Source: Thainema sp. | Lineage (GTDB): Bacteria > Cyanobacteriota > Cyanobacteriia > Phormidesmidales > Phormidesmidaceae | Length of the DNA stretch: 64,000 nt | Direction of reading: 5' to 3' | Assembly (NCBI GenBank): GCA_052168235.1 | Contig: JBQLZK010000007.1 | Span: 97,833-161,832, forward strand | In this document: piece by piece, positions 61,377 to 64,000 of the stretch | Position numbering within the stretch: the stretch's first letter is position 1 | Layout: each line of letters begins with the position of its first letter | Translations under genes and position numbers: made by a program | The notes under the pieces: generated by a model | Databases searched by the model: none | Seen by the model: the letters and a program-made list of their open reading frames with translations, nothing else | Told to the model about the DNA's origin: nothing

Positions 61377-62582
61377 CTAGCAGAACTGAATCGAAAGGGC
61401 TTTGAACAAATCTCGACTAACGCGAGATGCGGTCATCATAACTCGCTTGTTGCCAGGCAGCTTCTTGTCGAGCTGGCGATAGTAGGCGCGATGCGCTGCT
61501 AAATATTTTTGGTCGGTTAATCGGCTCGACTGAACAACTACCAGCACTTTGACGTGTTGCCATAGGGCAGTACGAGCATAGGACGCGCCGCCAGCAGTCC
61601 ACTCGGATTTATTGCCGCTCTGACTCTGAACCATACCCATACCGAGCGAGAGTTTAAAGGCAGCTTCAGAGCGACGGCGCTTGGTCTTCTTGTTTTTACG
61701 GCGCGAGCTGTCACTATATACATACTCAACTATCGGTTTTCCATCGCTGCCAAGGAACTTCTCAAAGGGAAATATTCGGCTCAGGAGCACGGCCCGGATC
61801 TTTGGGCTAAAACCAAAGTCGTCGAACACCTCTTGGTAGAGACGAAAGCGATCGGCGTTGAGCATCTCGTCAATTACCAGCTCTTGGCGGTACATCTGGC
61901 GATGAAGGTCGCACACCTGGGAGGCGAGCCATGTTGTTGCATCACTCAGACCTGTACCGATAGATTCGCTTAACTTTTGCGATCGCACTTTTTGACCGCG
62001 GACATCTTCACCTGCAATGAAGCGCCAGAGGTTCGGCGGATCAGGGTAGAGATACCAGCGAGGATTCTGGGGTTTTCTGCCGCTAGCGGTTCGGCAAACT
62101 TCAGGCCATTCGGTTGCCAGCTGCGCCCAGAGCCGATTCGTTGTGCTGGTACAAAGTCGAGATAGGCTGTGACGGCTCAACAGCATCTCCCGCAAGTCTT
62201 CAGCATACAGATCGATGAATGCTGACTCATCACTGAAGTTTTCGAGGGTATAGGCTGCGATGCAAACTGGATCGTAGCGGTCTGACTTGTTGTTGAGTCC
62301 TTTATATCCGCGATACTTGCCAATTCGGTGAGTTGGAATAAGCCTGACGATTTTGTTAGCGCCGCGCAACTGGTCGATCCACGGCCTTGAGTAACGGCCT
62401 GTTGGTTCCAGCGCATAGCAATCGGCATCGAGTGAGAGTAAATAGTCAATCCCAGATCTATCGATCTGGATAGATTCGGTTTTATGCCGCTGGGCAAAGC
62501 GCTTCAAATCATTGGGCACTTCATCTAGCAGACACATGGAAACGGACGTTTTACCAACGTCTAAACCACAAATTACAGTCAT
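61377..62582 (-). CDS. IS110-family (Piv/MooV-type) DEDD recombinase / bridge recombinase
   Basis: RuvC-like DEDD residues GLDVGK, ALEPTG and KSDRYD; helical region; C-terminal Tnp domain LGM....QSG with the candidate catalytic Ser, then G....RTALW. Confidence 0.88.
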   Translation of the reverse strand: MTVICGLDVGKTSVSMCLLDEVPNDLKRFAQRHKTESIQIDRSGIDYLLSLDADCYALEPTGRYSRPWIDQLRGANKIVRLIPTHRIGKYRGYKGLNNKSDRYDPVCIAAYTLENFSDESAFIDLYAEDLREMLLSRHSLSRLCTSTTNRLWAQLATEWPEVCRTASGRKPQNPRWYLYPDPPNLWRFIAGEDVRGQKVRSQKLSESIGTGLSDATTWLASQVCDLHRQMYRQELVIDEMLNADRFRLYQEVFDDFGFSPKIRAVLLSRIFPFEKFLGSDGKPIVEYVYSDSSRRKNKKTKRRRSEAAFKLSLGMGMVQSQSGNKSEWTAGGASYARTALWQHVKVLVVVQSSRLTDQKYLAAHRAYYRQLDKKLPGNKRVMMTASRVSRDLFKALSIQFC

Positions 62583-62842
62583 AATGTTCTCTAGCTCAGT
62601 ACTGCATTCTCGTTAAACCCGTCATCAATTGCAGGTCATCACCCCTTTAGAACCCGATCGCTAGAGAGTAGAGGCGCGATCCAGGCCGGATGTCAAACAA
62701 AACCCTTTTAGATACGGGGCGCGATTCAGGCCGCGTGTTCCGTAAACCTAAATAGGTCAATGCCTTATCAAGCCCGAATCGCGGTGTGATGGCTTTGGAC
62801 ACCACCACAGCGAGCGCGCGAAAGCGCTCGGTGTGAGGGTGG
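62583..62842 (-). ncRNA. Predicted bridge-RNA-like guide RNA in the upstream non-coding region
   Basis: Several stems with G-U pairs on the minus strand; a 12-bp stem closes an internal loop with segments AUAAGGCAUU and UACGGAA around a short hairpin, matching 61256-61270. Confidence 0.7.
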
Positions 62843-63100
62843 TTAGCGCTGCTGCTGAGCGATTTTATGGGCGTGGGTGATGAATTGGAGCGTGACGTGC
62901 TCAAGCTGTTCTGGCTGCAAAGTGCGATAGACATCTCCAGCGTCTTTTATAAGAAATTGGTGGACATCAACCTCACTTTGTTCAGTCAACATTGCGATCT
63001 CCACCGCGGCACTTTCTAGGGCTATGACGTAATGCGCAACAGCTTCTAGGAAGCAGGGGTTTAGAACGGAGATACCGGGGAATCTGGGGGAGTCTGTCAT
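62843..63100 (-). CDS. Small hypothetical protein of the phage-like cluster
   Basis: ATG overlaps the upstream stop (TAATG coupling at 63098-63102). Confidence 0.55.
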   Translation of the reverse strand: MTDSPRFPGISVLNPCFLEAVAHYVIALESAAVEIAMLTEQSEVDVHQFLIKDAGDVYRTLQPEQLEHVTLQFITHAHKIAQQQR

Positions 63101-63348
63101 TAGTTGTTGTCCTGTCGGTTCAAACGTTTAACATGCATTTCAGCGGCTGTTAGAGAGCAATGTGCATCCCATTCGTCGGCTTTGGCCTTGTTCTTGATGG
63201 CGTCGATTGCCAGGAGCGCAGATTCGCCAGTGATGGAACATTTACCAGCGCCGGGATAGTAAAGGTCTATCCACATTGCCTCCTCGTCCCATTCGGCATA
63301 GGCGATCTGATCGATGTTGTATGCGTTGCATCCAGTTTCTATGAGCAT
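63100..63348 (-). CDS. Small hypothetical protein of the phage-like cluster
   Basis: Start overlaps the upstream ORF; resembles short phage proteins (YNIDQIAYAEW). Confidence 0.55.
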   Translation of the reverse strand: MLIETGCNAYNIDQIAYAEWDEEAMWIDLYYPGAGKCSITGESALLAIDAIKNKAKADEWDAHCSLTAAEMHVKRLNRQDNN

Positions 63349-63569
63349 TTTTGCTGTGCCTCTCTCATGAGTTCAACGGGGTCAATGAAGACGACTTCAT
63401 ATTCATGTCTGCTGCTAGCTGAGATGCTGATTAGGCCGCGCACGTAGATTTCAGCGTGAGAGCGGAATTTGAAGGCGGCGACGCAATGGGGATGACCGAT
63501 GCAGGGACGGTGATAGACGCGATATTGGAAGCGGGAAACGATATGATTGGCGGTAACTTTGGAAGTCAT
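63339..63569 (-). CDS. Small hypothetical protein of the phage-like cluster
   Basis: AAAGGAG RBS upstream of the ATG; overlaps the next ORF. Confidence 0.55.
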   Translation of the reverse strand: MTSKVTANHIVSRFQYRVYHRPCIGHPHCVAAFKFRSHAEIYVRGLISISASSRHEYEVVFIDPVELMREAQQKCS

Positions 63570-63659
63570 TGGTTATCTACTCCTTTCTAGAATTTTCAAG
63601 TGGGCTTATTTCTCCACAGTGCGATCGCGGGGGTCTTGCGATCGCACTTTTTTCATGAG

Positions 63660-63932
63660 TCAATCTGGTTGCCGAAGCTGGCTAGAATCCCAAGGTTTTT
63701 TTAAGCCGATTTCGCTGAAAGCCTCATCCACGAGATAAAACCGACCATCCTGATCCAAGTCTTCTACCAGGTCGGTTCCCTCACGGATCGCTGTTTGTTG
63801 CAATTGAGTTAGAGGCTTATTCACCTCAATCGCGTATCTAGCAGTCATGCAGCGCAAAGCAGAACGCAGCACGGCAACGGCAAATACAGCGTTCTTATAG
63901 TCTTCCTCGGTAATTTCAATCTCTATTTCCAT
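63660..63932 (-). CDS. Small acidic hypothetical protein of the phage-like cluster
   Basis: 90-aa ORF with ATG start, co-oriented with the other cluster ORFs. Confidence 0.5.
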   Translation of the reverse strand: MEIEIEITEEDYKNAVFAVAVLRSALRCMTARYAIEVNKPLTQLQQTAIREGTDLVEDLDQDGRFYLVDEAFSEIGLKKPWDSSQLRQPD

Positions 63933-64000
63933 AAGCTCGCTCTGGGGTAGTGGTGCGTCAACAAATAGATGACGGCCAGCTAAAGTAAGAAAAACGCTTC

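Larger units (their letters stand above)
61254..64000 (-). mobile_element. Left end of a putative integrated phage-like/integrative element (continues beyond the window)
   Basis: Abrupt change from housekeeping genes to short unknown coupled ORFs ending in a recombinase, with a hairpin site at the boundary. Confidence 0.6.

Noticed and set aside
62646..62652. TTTAGAA in the non-coding region matching 61250-61256 as a further guide
   Set aside because: A single AT-rich 7-mer with no partner guide is expected by chance.
62641..62783. CRISPR or TIGR array interpretation of the repeats upstream of the recombinase
   Set aside because: Only two clear repeat copies, irregular spacing to a possible third, and no cas genes. 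The protein has the full IS110 architecture including the serine motif.
62647..62934. 95-aa minus-strand ORF across the non-coding region
   Set aside because: It overlaps another ORF out of frame, has no recognisable motifs, and the region is better explained as structured RNA.
61241..63105. 11-bp direct repeat TGTCATTAGTT at 61241-61251 and 63095-63105 as possible element ends
   Set aside because: It is AT-rich, the second copy lies on a TAATG stop/start overlap within the gene string, and no matching guide was found in the non-coding region. Plausibly chance, but worth rechecking against an empty allele.
1..64000. Frequent GCGATCGC octamers; many short antisense or overlapping ORFs; tRNA, rRNA or CRISPR features
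   Set aside because: HIP1 is a well-known cyanobacterial feature; the short ORFs are shadows of confident genes; no tRNA, rRNA or CRISPR array was recognised.

Overview
Chromosomal window from a cyanobacterium. Evidence: abundant HIP1 GCGATCGC sites, plus psaK, psbQ, ndhS, cpcT, cphBA and cyAbrB. About 1-61.2 kb is mostly housekeeping and accessory genes: cobalamin cobH/cbiET, PIN-PhoH, a GH13-CBM20 enzyme, a PAS kinase with receiver, trpF, leuA, ispF, trmD, cphB/cphA, tatA, ureC, a Wzx/Wzy-type polysaccharide cluster, glgX, SpoIID, GH57, rsmA, ispE and FIST. These genes are interspersed with MITE-like and REP-like palindromic repeats. The last ~2.75 kb (61254-64000, open at the window edge) is the most interesting part: short, tightly packed minus-strand ORFs end in an IS110-family DEDD recombinase. 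The 260-nt non-coding region upstream of the recombinase folds by eye into a bridge-RNA-like internal loop. Its two guide segments (AUAAGGCAUU and UACGGAA) together specify the 15-bp site ATAAGGCA-TT-CCGTA, which lies ~110 bp downstream of the gene. A 45-nt duplication in the same RNA allows an alternative fold that keeps the left guide and swaps the right guide. I infer a phage-like or integrative element using an RNA-guided IS110 recombinase as its integrase, possibly with a switchable guide RNA. All functional calls come from motif recognition and manual folding; no searches were run.
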